A stretch of 63,969 nucleotides of DNA, filler included, from Reclinomonas americana ATCC 50394 (taxonomy: Eukaryota): NCBI GenBank assembly GCA_048213135.1. It is 17 parts of 17 records of this genome, joined end to end, with 100 filler letters (N's around TTAATTAATTAA, not from the genome) between each part and the next. Parts side by side here need not be neighbours in the genome. Positions count along the whole stretch, not along the records: positions 25,769 to 27,044 come from AFZH01019551.1; positions 27,145 to 29,705 come from AFZH01019552.1; positions 29,806 to 31,160 come from AFZH01019553.1; positions 31,261 to 35,974 come from AFZH01019554.1; positions 36,075 to 42,578 come from AFZH01019555.1; positions 42,679 to 50,223 come from AFZH01019556.1; 11 more parts are not named here. One strand, given 5' to 3'. This document shows, in pieces, positions 26,295-42,770 of this stretch (the first letter of the stretch is position 1; each line of letters begins with the position of its first letter). The notes under the pieces are model-generated. The model was given only the letters and a program-made list of their open reading frames with translations. It did not search any database and was not told the DNA's origin. A program made the translations under genes and the position numbers.

Positions 26295-26890
26295 GTGAGT
26301 GGGGAGGGAGAAGGGAGGGAGAGGGAGGGAGAGGAGGGAGAGGGAGAAGGAGAGACAAACGCGTGTGTTACGAGTGAGGCTGTGGGCTGTTTTATGCCTC
26401 TGTCTGAGAGAGAAGATGAGGAAGAAAAAGAATGAGAGAACTGCGTGAGTCGTGACATTTGAGGCTGGAAGTTGCAAGTTGCATTTTGCGAGGGAACAGA
26501 ATGTGTGTGGAAGGAGCTTGAAGAGAAAGCGTTCTCGCGCGACCATCTCGTCACCAGTGAGGTTGTGGGTTGCTTGTATGGTTGCGTGTGTGCCAGAGAG
26601 AGAAGGAGAAACGGGAAAAGAGAAAGTGTGTGGAAGGAGCTTGAAGAGAAACCGTTCTTTCACGACACCTTGTGACGAGTGAGGGCTGCGGGCTGCGCTG
26701 TGTCGTTTTCCGTATCGAAGTAGACGAAGAATAGGAGGAAGACAGCGAGTGGTAGGAGCAGGAAGTGAGATACAGAATGCGAGAGGGAGTGAATGGAAAG
26801 GTGAGTGACCAGGAGCAGGACGATTGGTTGATGCCAACCTGAAAAGCAAGCATGCACGACTCACAGTCAGAGAGAGAGAGAGAGAGTGAG

Positions 26891-26922
<32 letters not shown>

Positions 26923-27362
26923 AGAAGAGATTGCACGAGAGACAGAGCTGCATGCTGCATTGTGTGCGAGAGTGTGAGAGAGACAGGGTGAGAGAGTGTG
27001 GTCGGCGAAGTAGGACGTTGAGATCTCGATTCTGTCTCCTAACTNNNNNNNNNNNNNNNNNNNNNNNNNNNNNNNNNNNNNNNNNNNNTTAATTAATTAA
27101 NNNNNNNNNNNNNNNNNNNNNNNNNNNNNNNNNNNNNNNNNNNNGTCACTGCTCGCATCGATCGCCGCCACAGGACGCCCGCAAAGTCACCAGCTGCTGG
27201 GGGATCGTCGGGATACTCATCGCGCTCACTCATTCTTGTCTGTGACAAAAGATCGTCCTCGTCTTTCAAAGTCCGCGACGTTGTCGTTTCACTCTTCCCC
27301 TTCCGTCCTCACTCTCTCACTCTTGCTCGCTCGTACACGTGCTCTACGCTCTTCTCCTTGGC

Positions 27363-30267
<2,905 letters not shown>

Positions 30268-30469
30268 TGCTTCTTGTTGTTGATGATGAGGTGGTACAAT
30301 TGCACATGCGGGACAGGGGACGTAAGATGGATGAAGCAAGCGGCGGCGTGGCGAGGAATGCGGTTATGTGCGTCACGGAGGAGAGGAAGAGAGGAATCCG
30401 CGCGTGTAGGAGAAAAAACGTGGTGGATTTGAGTTGTCCTGCATTCGGTGTGAAGTCGATCGGCAACAC

Positions 30470-31113
30470 ATGAACATCGCCTCGCATGATGCAAAGGAGA
30501 CAAGGGCGACAGAGGAGGACAACAATGAAGCACAGATCCGCACTCGTCTTTCCGCATTATACAACGGAGGCACAGTGGTGAGTTCGAAGTCGTTTCCCCT
30601 CGGATTTTTGTTTTTCTTCAACACGGCTCAGCACCACTCACACCACCGGTACCATCTCTCCCAGTACATGCATCACAGTGTGCGCACGCCTGCACAGCGG
30701 TGGACATTCAATTGTCACTCGCTGCTCGCACTCCCGCAAATTTTCTCATCACACACTTGCAGAGCAAATGGTTTGACCCCCACGCACACACGCCCTCTTT
30801 CCCCCTCTCCCTCTCTCACGCGTCCATACAGTGCTCCTCTGCTGACTGCGACGTTGTGCTCTCCGCGCTCGCCACACGCGCCACCACTTTGTCGGCGTGG
30901 GTTCAATTGAAGTCGACTGCGTGCGCGTATCACAGCGAGGCGCTGCGTGAGCTCAATCATGTGCTCATGACGCAACCGGCGGCGTTGCTGGGGGATATTA
31001 AAGTGGCGGCGCCCGCGGAGGTGTTGCAGAGAGTGAGGCCGGAGAGAGTGCTCAAGGTGAGAGGGAGGGAGGGGGAGAGGGGGAGGGAGGGATGAGGGAG
31101 GGAGGGAGGGAGG

Positions 31114-31160
<47 letters not shown>

Positions 31161-34100
31161 NNNNNNNNNNNNNNNNNNNNNNNNNNNNNNNNNNNNNNNN
31201 NNNNTTAATTAATTAANNNNNNNNNNNNNNNNNNNNNNNNNNNNNNNNNNNNNNNNNNNNGAGAGAAGAGAGAGAGAGAGTCAGAGAGAGAGAACCTCTT
31301 TCTTGTGTGCACTGTTACCCTCACAGTGTGTGTGTGTGTGTTGCGTGTTGCGCGTGAGAGGGAGTCTGTCGTGTGCACTCTCATCATCATCATCTCTCTG
31401 TGATAAGTGTGAGACAGATCACTCGTCTTGCTCTTTTGAATTCCCACTCAGCGCTGTCTCGTGTGCATAGTGGTCCATCGCTTTGACACTCACTGCAAAG
31501 CGAAGCACAGTCTTTTGAGTGTGTGTGCGTGTGTGTTTTATGCAGTTGTCCTCAGTTGTCTCACTCGTTTCCCGCCCTCTCTCTCGTTCGCTGCGTGTGG
31601 TTGCGTTGCGGTCTTGTCAAGCATGGGGATCTCGCTCAGAGTTGTCCGTTGTGTGCGCTCTCTCAAAGCGCGCGCTCTCTCTCTCATTGTGCGTATGTGA
31701 TCGTGTTTCATGCAGTTGTCGTCTCCTCTCTCTATCACTGTATAGGTGTGTGTGACGGCCTCGTCGAGCATGTGGATCCGCTTTCTTTCCTCGACATGCT
31801 CTCTCTCCTTCTCAGAGCTGTCTTGTGTCTGCAAAGCGCAGCACAGTCTCTTTATACTGATTGTCGGTGTGTTTTTCTTCTCCGTTCGTCTCTCTTTCGC
31901 TGCGTGAGGGTTTGTGAGAGTCCCGTCAAGCATGTGGATCGCTTCTATCCTCGACTTGCTCTCTCCTTCTCAGAGTTGTTTGTAAAGCACAGCACAGTCT
32001 CTTGATACTGATTGTCGGTGTGTTTTCATGTAGTTGTCCTCACTGCTTCTCCGTTCGTCTCTCTTTCACTGCGTGGGTGTGCGTGACGGTCTCGTCGAGC
32101 ATGTGGATCGCTTTCTTCCTCGACTTGCTCTCTCCTTTGAGAGCTCTCCCACTGACTGCAAAGTGCAGCACAGTCTCTTGTTTTGTGTGTGTTTCATGCA
32201 GTTGTCTTCATTGCTTCTCCCGTTCCTTTTTCGTTCTTTGTGTTCTTCTCTCTCTTCTCCCTCTCTCTTTCTCCCTCCTCTCTCTCTCTCCCTCCTCTCC
32301 CTCCTCTCCCGTCTTGTCTCCTCTTCTCCTCCCGGATATCAGAAGATATCCATGTGGATATCTCGGATATCTCCCCCTCTACCTCTCTTGCCTCGCTCCC
32401 TCGCGCTGTGCTCCATTTCCCACTCCTCCCTACTGCTCCCTGTTGCGTGCCAATCACGATTTTTGCGTGCATTCGAAGAAACGCATTGCTGGCATTTCCA
32501 TCGCGTGCGCACTCTCTCCTTCCTTGGTGATCACCTTCTGCTCCGTGTTCTTGAAAAGGCCCCTCCCTTCCCCTTCTCCCCTCTCCCCTCCCAATCCCCT
32601 CTGCATCGCAGTGACGTGGATATCCGTTGCAAGATATCTTGAGATATCTATTGACTCGCGCACAATTGGTCTCCTCCTCTCTCTCTCTCTCCCACGTCCC
32701 TGTCTTCCACCTCCCTCCTCTCCTCCACCACCACTCCCCTCCCTTTCCTCGTGATCTGAACATGCACAAATCTGGCGAGTGGCATGTTCGTGATGACGCA
32801 TTTGTTGCTGCGTCTGAGTGTGTTTTTCCGCCCTCTCGTGCGTGCACACGACGACGCTCGCGCACTTGCTGCTGCGATGTGTACAGTGAGGCGAGACACG
32901 CAGCCATTGCGGAATGGATATCCACTGGATATCTTTCCGGATATCTCTCGAATTGGGACTCGCGCGTGCCTTTTTGAGCCCTCCTCTCCCTTCCCTGTCC
33001 TTCTACGGCCCTCCTTCTCCTCTCCTTTTACCCCACACGCATCCCACCACTGCCGCCCCCCTCCTGTGCCTTGCGATCTTCTTCCGCCGCCGCCGCCTCT
33101 TCCGGATTTGACCACCGATATCTTCGGATATCGTTCGTGCTCGCCCTCATATTGCGTTTGCGTGTTTTTTCTTTTCGCAGTCGCTGGTGGGCCATGCCAA
33201 CCTGCAATCGCAACGTGTGCGACCGCGCACGGTGCTCGACATGCGACGCGACGCTGCCTCCTCCTCCTCCTCCTCTCCCCTCTCCTTCGGCTGCCCCATG
33301 ATCGACGACTTCCTGCGTGGCGGTGTGCGGCGGCGACAGCTGCTGGAGATCACTGGCGAGGCGGCGTCGGGCAAGACACAGCTGTGCCTGCAGCTGGCGG
33401 CGTGCGCTGCCAGTGCCTCTCCGCATCACCGCGTGCTCTACGTGCACACCGACTCTGGCCCCTTTCCGCACACTCGCCTGCGACAAGTGGCTGCGGCGGG
33501 TGCGGCCGACCGCATCTACGTGCAAGAGGTGGCGACTGTCGACGAGCTGTGGTCGCTGCTCACCATCAACCTCGACCGCCACCTGGCGTCGCTGGTCGGC
33601 GGCGACGAGCGCATGGTGCTGCTGGTGATCGACTCGATGACAGCGCTGTTTCGCGGAAGCGGCGACGAATTGGTGGGCGTCGCGGAGCAAGAGCAGCAGG
33701 AGCAGGAGGAGGTGCCGCCGCCACCACCACCAGCTGAGGGCGAGGAAGTGGCGGCCTCGCGACAGCACTTTCGGCAGACGGCGCACGCCATGCATCGACG
33801 CGCTCGCCAGCTCTTTGCACTGGCGGCCGAGCTGAAGCGACTGGCCGATCGCTACGACATGGCGGTGGTGTGTACCAACCAGGTGACCGACGTGTTTGGC
33901 GAGGAGCCGCGGACAGTGGCCGTCGTTCCTCCGCCACCTCCGCCGCCTCCACCCATGCCAATGGAGGAGGACGAGGACGAGGCGGAAAAGGGTGTGGGTG
34001 CGCGATTCGCCCCGCCTCCGCTGGAGCACGTGGCCGTCTTGCCGCCCCTGGCCGCGCCGCAGCGAGTGCGACCGGCGCTCGGCCTGGCGTGGAGCAACTG

Positions 34101-34371
34101 CATCAACACACGCCTCATGTGCTCGCGGACACGACGTCGCGTCTCCGTTGCTGCTGCAGCGCACAACGACGACGACGACTGCGATGGTGGAGGCGATGCT
34201 GCTGCTGCTGCTGCTGGCAGTGGCGGAGTCGAAGACATGACGCCACTTCGCGAACTCCGCATTGTGCTCTCTGCGCACTTGCCATGTGACGACGAAACGC
34301 TCGAATTCGTCGTCCACTGCGACGCCAACGTGCAAGGCTGGCGGCGACGGCGGCAGCATCACAGCGAGTGA
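30470..34371 (+). CDS. XRCC3: RAD51 paralog XRCC3-like DNA repair protein
   Basis: Last exon 33181-34371: LSFGCPMIDDFLRGGV, EITGEAASGKTQLCLQL, LLVIDSMTALFR, VVCTNQVTD, PALGLAWSNCINTRL. Upstream exons 30470-31056 join in phase 0 across a gap (less certain). Confidence 0.82.
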
Positions 34372-34532
34372 GGTGCGTCGTCTGCCTCTTCTATTATACA
34401 AGTCGTCGACATCGACCTCAAATTTGTGAGCCGCGCAGCGCAAATTACTCGCGATATCCAGCGCTTTCCCGCCCACCTGCAGTTTGCCATCGCACGGTGG
34501 AGCGACAGACACACACACACGCAAGGGGAAAG

Positions 34533-37444
34533 ATGACTTCTACCAGTGCACAAGCCGCGCCTCAGTTGCTCACTGCTCTGCGCAACTGCGTGAATGCACT
34601 TGAGCAGCAACAGCAACAACAACAACAGGAGGCGACTTCTGTGCAACAGCAGCAGCAGCAGCCGGCGGATGCTCGTCAGCTGTTGAATGCGCTGCTGTCC
34701 AAGCTGGCACCGCAGGCTGCGGCCTTGGCGGTGCGTGTGTGTTGTGTGTGAGAGAGGGAGGGCGAGTGAGGCATGGCGCATATCATGACGGAGGGGTGAT
34801 TTTCCGAGAGTGAGATGCATGTTGTGTGTGTCGGGAGGGCGAGGAGGTGTTTCGTGCAGTGAGACACCACCCACCCACTCACCCACCCACCGTGTGTTTC
34901 TTCAAAAGAAAGTGAGTGCACATTTTTGTTGTTGTTACGTTTGGCAACTGATGGTCTCTCTCTCTCTCTCTCCCTCGTGCATGCAGGCTCGTGCCAACCC
35001 TTCGTCGTCGGTGTCAGCTGCGGCTCCGAGTGTGAAGGCGCCACCGACAGCGCCGTTTATCATGGGTGAGTGGGTTGCCCATGACATATTTCCGCGTTGT
35101 CTTTTTTTTTCTTTCCTCTTTCTCTGAGGTGTGGGTGTCTTTGTCTCTCGCCCTCCTTCTCTCTCGCGAGTGTGTGTGAGGGGCAGAGAGGCAGAGTCGT
35201 TTGCTGTTTTCACTTGTCTTTTGCTTTGTTTTTCCTTGCATACTGTCCGCCTCTCTCTTTCTCTCTCCTCTTGCACCTCGCCTCCTCTCTCTCTCTCTCT
35301 CCTCTTGCACCTCGCCTCTCTCTCTCTCTCCTCCTCCTCCTCCTCTCACTTGAATGCGTGTGCACTTGTGACGTTGCATGTGCGTGTGTGTTTATTCTTT
35401 TCTTGCCCTTTCGCGTTTTCTTTCTATGCGCGGGAAACAACAGCACTTTCCTGGTTTCCGGTCTCCGTCTTTTGTGTCATGGCAGAAGACACACACACGC
35501 GCGCGCGCGCGTGGCAGAGGGAGTTGGGGCAGTTGGTCTTTTGTGAGCGAGTGGCTGGTGGTTTTTCCGAGCGAGAGTGCGGGCGCGTGCCTTCCTGCAA
35601 ATGCCTGCCAAGAGACATGTCCTCTTTCCCCTTTTTTTCCCCATTTTTTCTTCCGTTCCGCCCTCCCTCTCCCCCCCCCCTCCTATCCTCCCTTGCATGT
35701 TGGCCTTGTGGCCCGCAGTCAGTGATCTCAAGTTCCGATTTTGTGGTGGGTGGTTGGTTGTTCCAGCCCAGAAAGGAAATGACCTTCTGTGTCCTGTTTC
35801 TCCTCTAAACTCTCTCTGTGTGCGTGTGAGGGCGCACACTCGCGCAAATGCGGACTGTGGTGGTGTCTCCGACACTGCCACTCCGTCACCTCTTTCGCTC
35901 CTCCCCTTATGGTCTCGCGACTCCCACTCTCTTCTCTCGCCCACCACAAGTCACTGACTCTCTCTCTCTTTCTTNNNNNNNNNNNNNNNNNNNNNNNNNN
36001 NNNNNNNNNNNNNNNNNNTTAATTAATTAANNNNNNNNNNNNNNNNNNNNNNNNNNNNNNNNNNNNNNNNNNNNTGGGATGGTGAGTCCGATTGGCAGAA
36101 GACTACTAGCTTTGTATGGAGAACTCACTTGTGTGTGTCGCCCGCAGCCCTGCGGAAAAGGTCTACACGTGGTTCAAGAACCGCCGTGTGCAGTCGCGCA
36201 TCGAGGGTATGCTGCGACAGGAGATCAACACGCAGTCGGGCCCACAGTCGGACTTGGATTCGGTGGTGTCGGCGGCCGCTGCTGCGGCGACGGCTGGCGG
36301 CGACGAGTGTGGCGTGGCGTCGGGCATTTTGGGCAGCGACGTGGTGTCGCTGATGCCGGAGGAGGCCATGATGGCCACGCCGTTGCAACTGTCGCCGCGA
36401 GGCAAGCGGTCGACGGCCGTCTCTGTGTCGTCGTTCAAGCGGTCGCGCAAGGCGGCCACGGCTCGCAAGGCCGGCAACGAAGCGGCGAGCTCTGACTCTG
36501 GAGCTTCGTCGTCGTCGTCTGGCCACGACTCGGAGGATTCAGTGATGGTGACGAGCCCGGTCATCCAGCCGCGCGGCGGCAAGCGCGGGCGCGAGATGGA
36601 GGCGGAGGGCGCACCACAACAGAAGCGCCAGCGCAGTGGGTCGGCGTCGAGCGTGACGTCGCCAGTGACAATTGCTGCCTCGCCGGTGCCGACCAGCCTC
36701 GTGTTGCCGCCGAAGAAGTCCAGGAGGTTGCAGGGCCGCAATCCGCTGCCACAGTCGCAGGTGACGCCGACGCCGAAGCGAGCAACGGACACGCCGGTGA
36801 AGCCGGATGCGCGCCACAGCCAACCCGCACAGTCGAAGCAGCGACGACCGAGCACACGCCGCCTCGACTTGAGAATGGACGAGGTGGCCGAGGAGACCAT
36901 GATGGCGTCGGCGGAGGCGGTCGCGCTCTCCGACTACGACACCACCTCGATGATTTCACCGTCGGCCAGTGGCGCCGCCGCGGCGGCGGCGGCCGCAGCT
37001 GCCGCAGCGGCACAGCAGCAACAACAACACTCTGGGCGCTTGTTGCCGTCGTTGGTCGACGTGCTGCCGATGCACAGCCACGTGCAGCCGCTGCCGCACC
37101 TGCACCAGGTACTGCCGGTGGAGGATTTGATGATTCTCGGTGGCGCCCACAACGCGCCGTTCATCTACTCGGACTTTTACCACCCGCAAACGCTGTCGGT
37201 GCCACTGCAAATGTCGATGCAGCACGGCGGCCACGATGGCATGATGCTCGACTGCGACAGCAGCGACGATTCCGAGTGGGCGCAGGAGGCCTCTTGGCAG
37301 CAGGCCAGTGCCGTATCGGCGGCCAGTGGCTCACACATGCAGCACCACGGCGATTTCGTGTCGTCGTGGACATCGGCGGCGACCGAGGCCGGTGTGCCAC
37401 TGGGCCAGTCGACTGTCGAACACCTGTTTGACGCCCACCCTTAA
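34533..37444 (+). CDS. Homeodomain protein with Lys50 (WFKNRR) and long low-complexity C-terminus; helices 1-2 lost in a gap
   Basis: Spliced ...GCPAEKVYTWFKNRRVQSR at ~36075-36200. Exons at 34533-34730 and 34987-35065 (polyQ N-terminus) are co-oriented and are assumed to belong to the same gene. Confidence 0.7.
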
Positions 37445-38249
37445 TCTGTTTGACCCTTTTCTCTCTTTCTCCCTCCAATAATCTTGTTTTCTTCTCGTGT
37501 TTCGTTGTGCAGCTGAACTGCGAGCTTGTTGTGTCGCCGGGCGTGCGTAAGCGGGCCGCCTGGGGGCGTTGTTTTTTCTGTGCTCTGTTTTCTTTTTTCG
37601 CCTTTATTTTGTTCCCATCCTTCTCGTTAGTGAGACACGCCGCTGTGCCCCGATGAATGTGGCCAGCTGGTGTGGATCGTCACGGTGCCTGTTGGCACCT
37701 TAATTGCGTTTCCTCTGTGGAATGAAAAATACCATGTACCATGCATCAAATGTCGGAAGGGGGTGAGGGAGAGGGAGGGGGCGACGGGAGAAGGAAACCA
37801 AGCAAAAGCGAGTGCTCGTTTGCAAGCAAAGTCCACCACGACTCATCAACACGTCATGGAGAGAGAGATGAAGCGACGTAGTGGCGTCACACCTCTGAAG
37901 CGCACAACAGAACTCGATTGATCTCGCCGGGAGGCAGGGAAGAGATATGTGAAATATGTGTGTGTTGGTTGTCACACCACTGCAGTGCGGCACAGGGAAC
38001 GAGATGCGAAGAGAATGGGTCGTCATGCACAACAAAACCCGCTTCGCCTCATAAACAGTCTATGAGAAAGAGACACGAGACGACATACGCGTGTTCTTCC
38101 TGGTTGTCACACCACCGCAGTGCACAACTCGCTTTGCTTTCCCTCTCCACGATGCAATGTCAACATCGCAATCGTTTCAGTGACATGCTCCACGTGTGGT
38201 TCACTGCAGCTCGCCACCTACTCTCCCTCTGCGTCTCCAATCAAGAGCA

Positions 38250-41200
38250 TCAGCGGGCCTCAGCCATGATACGCTCGATCTCGTCCACCTCCTTCGGCGC
38301 CGTCGTCAGGTTGATGTGGCCCGTGTCGGTGATCACAATGTTGTCCTCGATGCGCACACCGCCCACGTAGTAGTACTGCTGGACCTTTTCGCGGTTGATG
38401 AACTGTATCCGCGGCGGAAGGGTGAGTGACGACGAGCCGCAGTCGCGAAGCAGGAGGAGGGCAAAGAGACAGAAAACAGAACCTTGCTAACATCGGGGTT
38501 GGCCATGGCCTCCTCGATCAGCGGATCAATGAAGTACAGGCCCGGCTCCACTGTCACCACCATGCCGGCCTGCAGAGTGCGACGCATGCGCAAGAAGCGG
38601 ATGCCGGGCTCCTGAATGCGGTTCACACCCTGCACATCATCATCATCGTTGTTTACAACACAGAGGGTGAGCGAAACTTGTGCCCACCGCCCAGCAAACC
38701 CAAGGCACACACTGCACCTTGGGGTAGCCACCTACATCGTGAGTATCGAGCCCCAGCATATGCCCGAGTCCTGTCAATCGCAGAAGACTGTGAGCACACC
38801 AAGAATTCACGACACGACATGCGCGCATTCGAGACACACCGTGCGGGTAAAAGACAGCCTGCACGTGATTCTTCAAAATGTCCTCCAGCGAACCCGTCAA
38901 CACACCCATGGCGATGAGGCCCTCGGCAATCACACGCGCAGAGAGCCGGTGCATGTCCTCCCACAAGACACCGGCGCGTACCGCCTCGAGCACGGCATTT
39001 TGAGCGCGCAATACTGTCTCGTACACTTCCCGTTGTTCGCGAGTGAATCGGCCTGCGCGAGGAAAGGGGGTGAGAAGGAGAGTGAAGGGAGTGGAGGAGA
39101 AGAGGGAGAGAGAAGGGAAAGAGGGAGAGAGAAGGGATAGAGGGAGAGAGAAGGGAAAGAGGGAGAGAGAGAGGGAGGAGAAAAGAAAGTGAGGGAGGAG
39201 AGAGAGGGAGGAGAGAGAGGGAGAGAGAGGAGGGGGAGGGAGGGAGGAGAGAGTGAGAGGAGAGAGAGGGAGGAGAGAGGGGGAGGAGAGAGAGGGAGGA
39301 GAGAGAGGGAGAGACGGAGAGAGAGGGAGGGAGAGAGCGAAGGAGGGAGAGGGAAAAGGAGAGGAGGGAAAATAAGAAACGCGCAGAGAGCCAATAGAAG
39401 ACGGTGACCGGAAGGGTACAAAATGAAGACGGATAGGAAATAAGAGTGATAGTGAGGAAAAAGAGAGGAGAAGAAGTAAACTGAATCACCAATTGTGACG
39501 GTGCCTTTGTTTTTCTTCATCTCCCAGTCACAGTCTCTGCTCTCCTCTTCAAATCTCCGCACTCACCATTGGCAGGGAAACACCGTGTGATATCCGAATT
39601 GTACAACTGTCGCTCAGCACCGGCATCCACAAGTATCAAATCCCCGTCTTTGATTGGATTCCAACCACCTGTGTAGTGCAGAATTGCAGAGTTGCGGCCG
39701 GTGCCCACAATCGGATTGTATGCCTGAGCGATCACGGGGTAAGAGGAATGTAGCGAACATGGGATAAACAAAACTGTGGCAAATGAAAGAAGACCATGGT
39801 GAAGAAAGAATGAAAGGCAGCGGAAATAATGCAATCAAGAGAACCTACGGGCGGAGAGAAACAGAAATGAAGCAAAGGGCGAAGTGCACGCAGGATAATA
39901 AACAAAAGGCAGTGGAGACGAGGCAATCAAGAGCGCTGCAGTGAAAGAGACGAGAAGACAAAAAGAGCAGACGCAGAGCATGAACAAATTGCAATGAGAT
40001 AAGAGAAGAGAAAAGAGCAGAGAACAGTGAAAGCCAGGGAAGAAAGAGAGGAGCGATAATTCGCAAGTTCTCTATCACCACCACGACGCACCTGGAATCG
40101 GCAACCCTTCTTCGCTGTCTCCGCCACAAACACGCCCTCCAACTCGATTTCTGTCGTTCCCGGCCGCACGGCTCGCCACATCGCCACGTGTGCGTCACTG
40201 CTGATCTTGTTGGTCTCCGCCAATTCCTTGATCTCTGGCTCCTGCTTGATGATGCGGCTCATCATAATGGCCGTCATGAAGTCCTCCGACACCTGCTCGA
40301 AGCCGGCCAACTCCGCCAACGCCGGCTGATATGGCAGCACATGGACGCGGCTGGGTGCGGCGTGGGCCAGGTACTCGGCCAGATTCTCCATGTGGCGCAC
40401 GTCTTCTACGCCGTACTTGGCGCGCGACACCTCCACCGAGTCGCCGGGGCCGTGCCACACGGCGTCGGCAGGGTCCTCATTGGGCAGGAAAATGGTGGCG
40501 GTCGCCGCCTCTGAGATCTCAAAGGCCACGCAGGCGCCGGCGGTCGCGATGCCCGAGAGGTACCTGGGGGTGGGAGAAGGTGAGAGATCGGAGGTCCGAC
40601 GAAAGGCGTTGCTGACACACGTCAAGAAGTGGAGATGGAAAATAGAGAAACACAGCGGAGAGTGAGGCGGGAGGGTGAGCATGTGAGCGACAAGTCTGAC
40701 GAAAAGAGACTACCCCGTCAAGAAGTGGAGATAGGCGACAGAGAACGACAGAGTGGAGAGTGTGAAACACGTCCGTGAGTGACTTAGCGTAACAAGGCTG
40801 ACGGAAGGAGATTGTGAAAAATCTGGCAAGCAGATCAGGACAACAGAGTAACACAGAGGAGAATGAGGCGGGAGGGTGAGTGAGAAAAGCATTTCCGTGA
40901 GTGATCTAGCGAGTGACAAGTCTGACGAAAGGAGATTGGGGCGGAATAATCTGACACGTACCACGAAGCGGAGATGGAAGACAGAGAGAAAGGGAGGGTG
41001 AGAGAGAAGGGGGGAGAGTGAAGAGGAATGGTGAGCGAGTGACACGATTGAAAAAGAAAGCATACATAAGAGGAAAACAAGGCAGAACAAAGCGACAGAG
41101 ACACCGAGAATGCATTCCACTCCCTTGCTCTTCCTCCCTTCTGTCCCCTCACCAGAACGCCGACTCCTGTCGGAACGGCCAGTGACTGTCGGTGCTGTAA

Positions 41201-41319
41201 CGATACTTCAGCTGAGCTCCGCAGACGACAGCGATTTCCCGCCCAGCCACGCCACCCTCCAAGACGGTGGCCGCCACTCGCTTACGGTTGCCCGCGAAGA
41301 ACGAAGTCGGAAAGTGCAT
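38250..41319 (-). CDS. PEPD: Xaa-Pro dipeptidase (prolidase, peptidase M24B), multi-exon
   Basis: [89 protein letters not shown]. Confidence 0.93.
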
Positions 41320-42770
41320 GTTTTGTGGTGTTGTTGATGTTTTTGACAAGATGTTGAACTCGGCAAGTCTGTGTGTTTGGCGACGACAACAACAACAACA
41401 ACAAGAGTGTGTGAGTTGGTGTGTCTGTGACGAGGACAGCAACAACGCACGAGCGTGCGACAGTGTGAGAAGAGAGACAAGTGAACGAGCATGGCCATCT
41501 CATGTCTCGCACACGCTCACGCATGTGTGCATGCACGGGTGCAAAACGAGCACGGAAGAGAAAGAGAGACAGAAGAGCGACACAGGAAGAGTGAAGTGTG
41601 CTCTGCCTCACCGCAAGAACTTTGTTGGTGCAGACTCCGTTGACTGAGTGGACTTGATATCGATTTTCCCGATTGCACTTCCGACAACTGCGTTGACGGC
41701 CGAGCTCAGCAGCGTCCGAGACAACAACGTGAGCAGCAATCCAGATCCTGGCGACACGACACTATTGGCATGTTTTTCCTGTGTGCTCGAATTCGCGCAA
41801 TCCGGCAACTGTGCAACGCTGCGGAGGCAGCGCATGCGCACATATGCGCAAGGTGCTCGTCAGCCATACGAGTCACTGATAATGTGAGACGAAATAACTT
41901 CCTCGCCGCGATCTCCGGTTGAAAATGCTCGTGAAATTCGAAGTTGTCGCGATCGGAGAAAATCGGTGGCACGTGGTCTGTGAAACTGAAGCATCGCACG
42001 ACATAGATAACCGGAAGAAAAGATGAATCGCCACAACCTTGAAAAGGCTCGCTCGCTTCAGGGCTCGAATTTCAACAAGCAGCGTAACCAATTGCCCAAT
42101 ATCGGATCAATTCTTCTTTTGTTTAATCTGTTCCAGTGCTTGCAGCAGACAACCACGGTCTCTTCGCACACGTCAGCTGAACAGCAAGTGTCTGGCTGCG
42201 TATGCCACTGGCTCTCTCCTCTGTTATGAGTGTGCAGTTTCGAAACTGGCGCCGCCGAATATTCTCTGTCGTCCCTTGTTGTGCAAGATGACCAAAAGCA
42301 CAACTCACACACGCACACGCACGCACAAACGCGCGCTCTATTCACACACATTGAGAAGCGGACAAGGAATCTTCCTCTCCCCGCAGTACAGACAGCAACG
42401 AGAGGGTGCTCATCTTGATCACATCTTCAACTGGCAAAAGTGGCCATTGTGTTTGCGACCAATCTGCTGACCATCACACGTGCCCCCCCCCCCCCCTCCC
42501 CTCGTCTCCACAGCAGTGAGCGACACACGACACACGTTCTGTGGTAACAGCGGGAGAGACAGGCGGCAGCTGGCGTCCNNNNNNNNNNNNNNNNNNNNNN
42601 NNNNNNNNNNNNNNNNNNNNNNTTAATTAATTAANNNNNNNNNNNNNNNNNNNNNNNNNNNNNNNNNNNNNNNNNNNNACACCTGTGGCAAGCACAACCT
42701 TGTCTACATCCACCACGTGCGACAGTATCGTGCTGCGCGTCAACCGCACAGACGGCGGCGACATACAGGC

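Noticed and set aside
30763..30770. Possible 6-8 nt micro-exon in XRCC3
   Set aside because: A single phase-0 intron 30680-30831 explains the frame without it.
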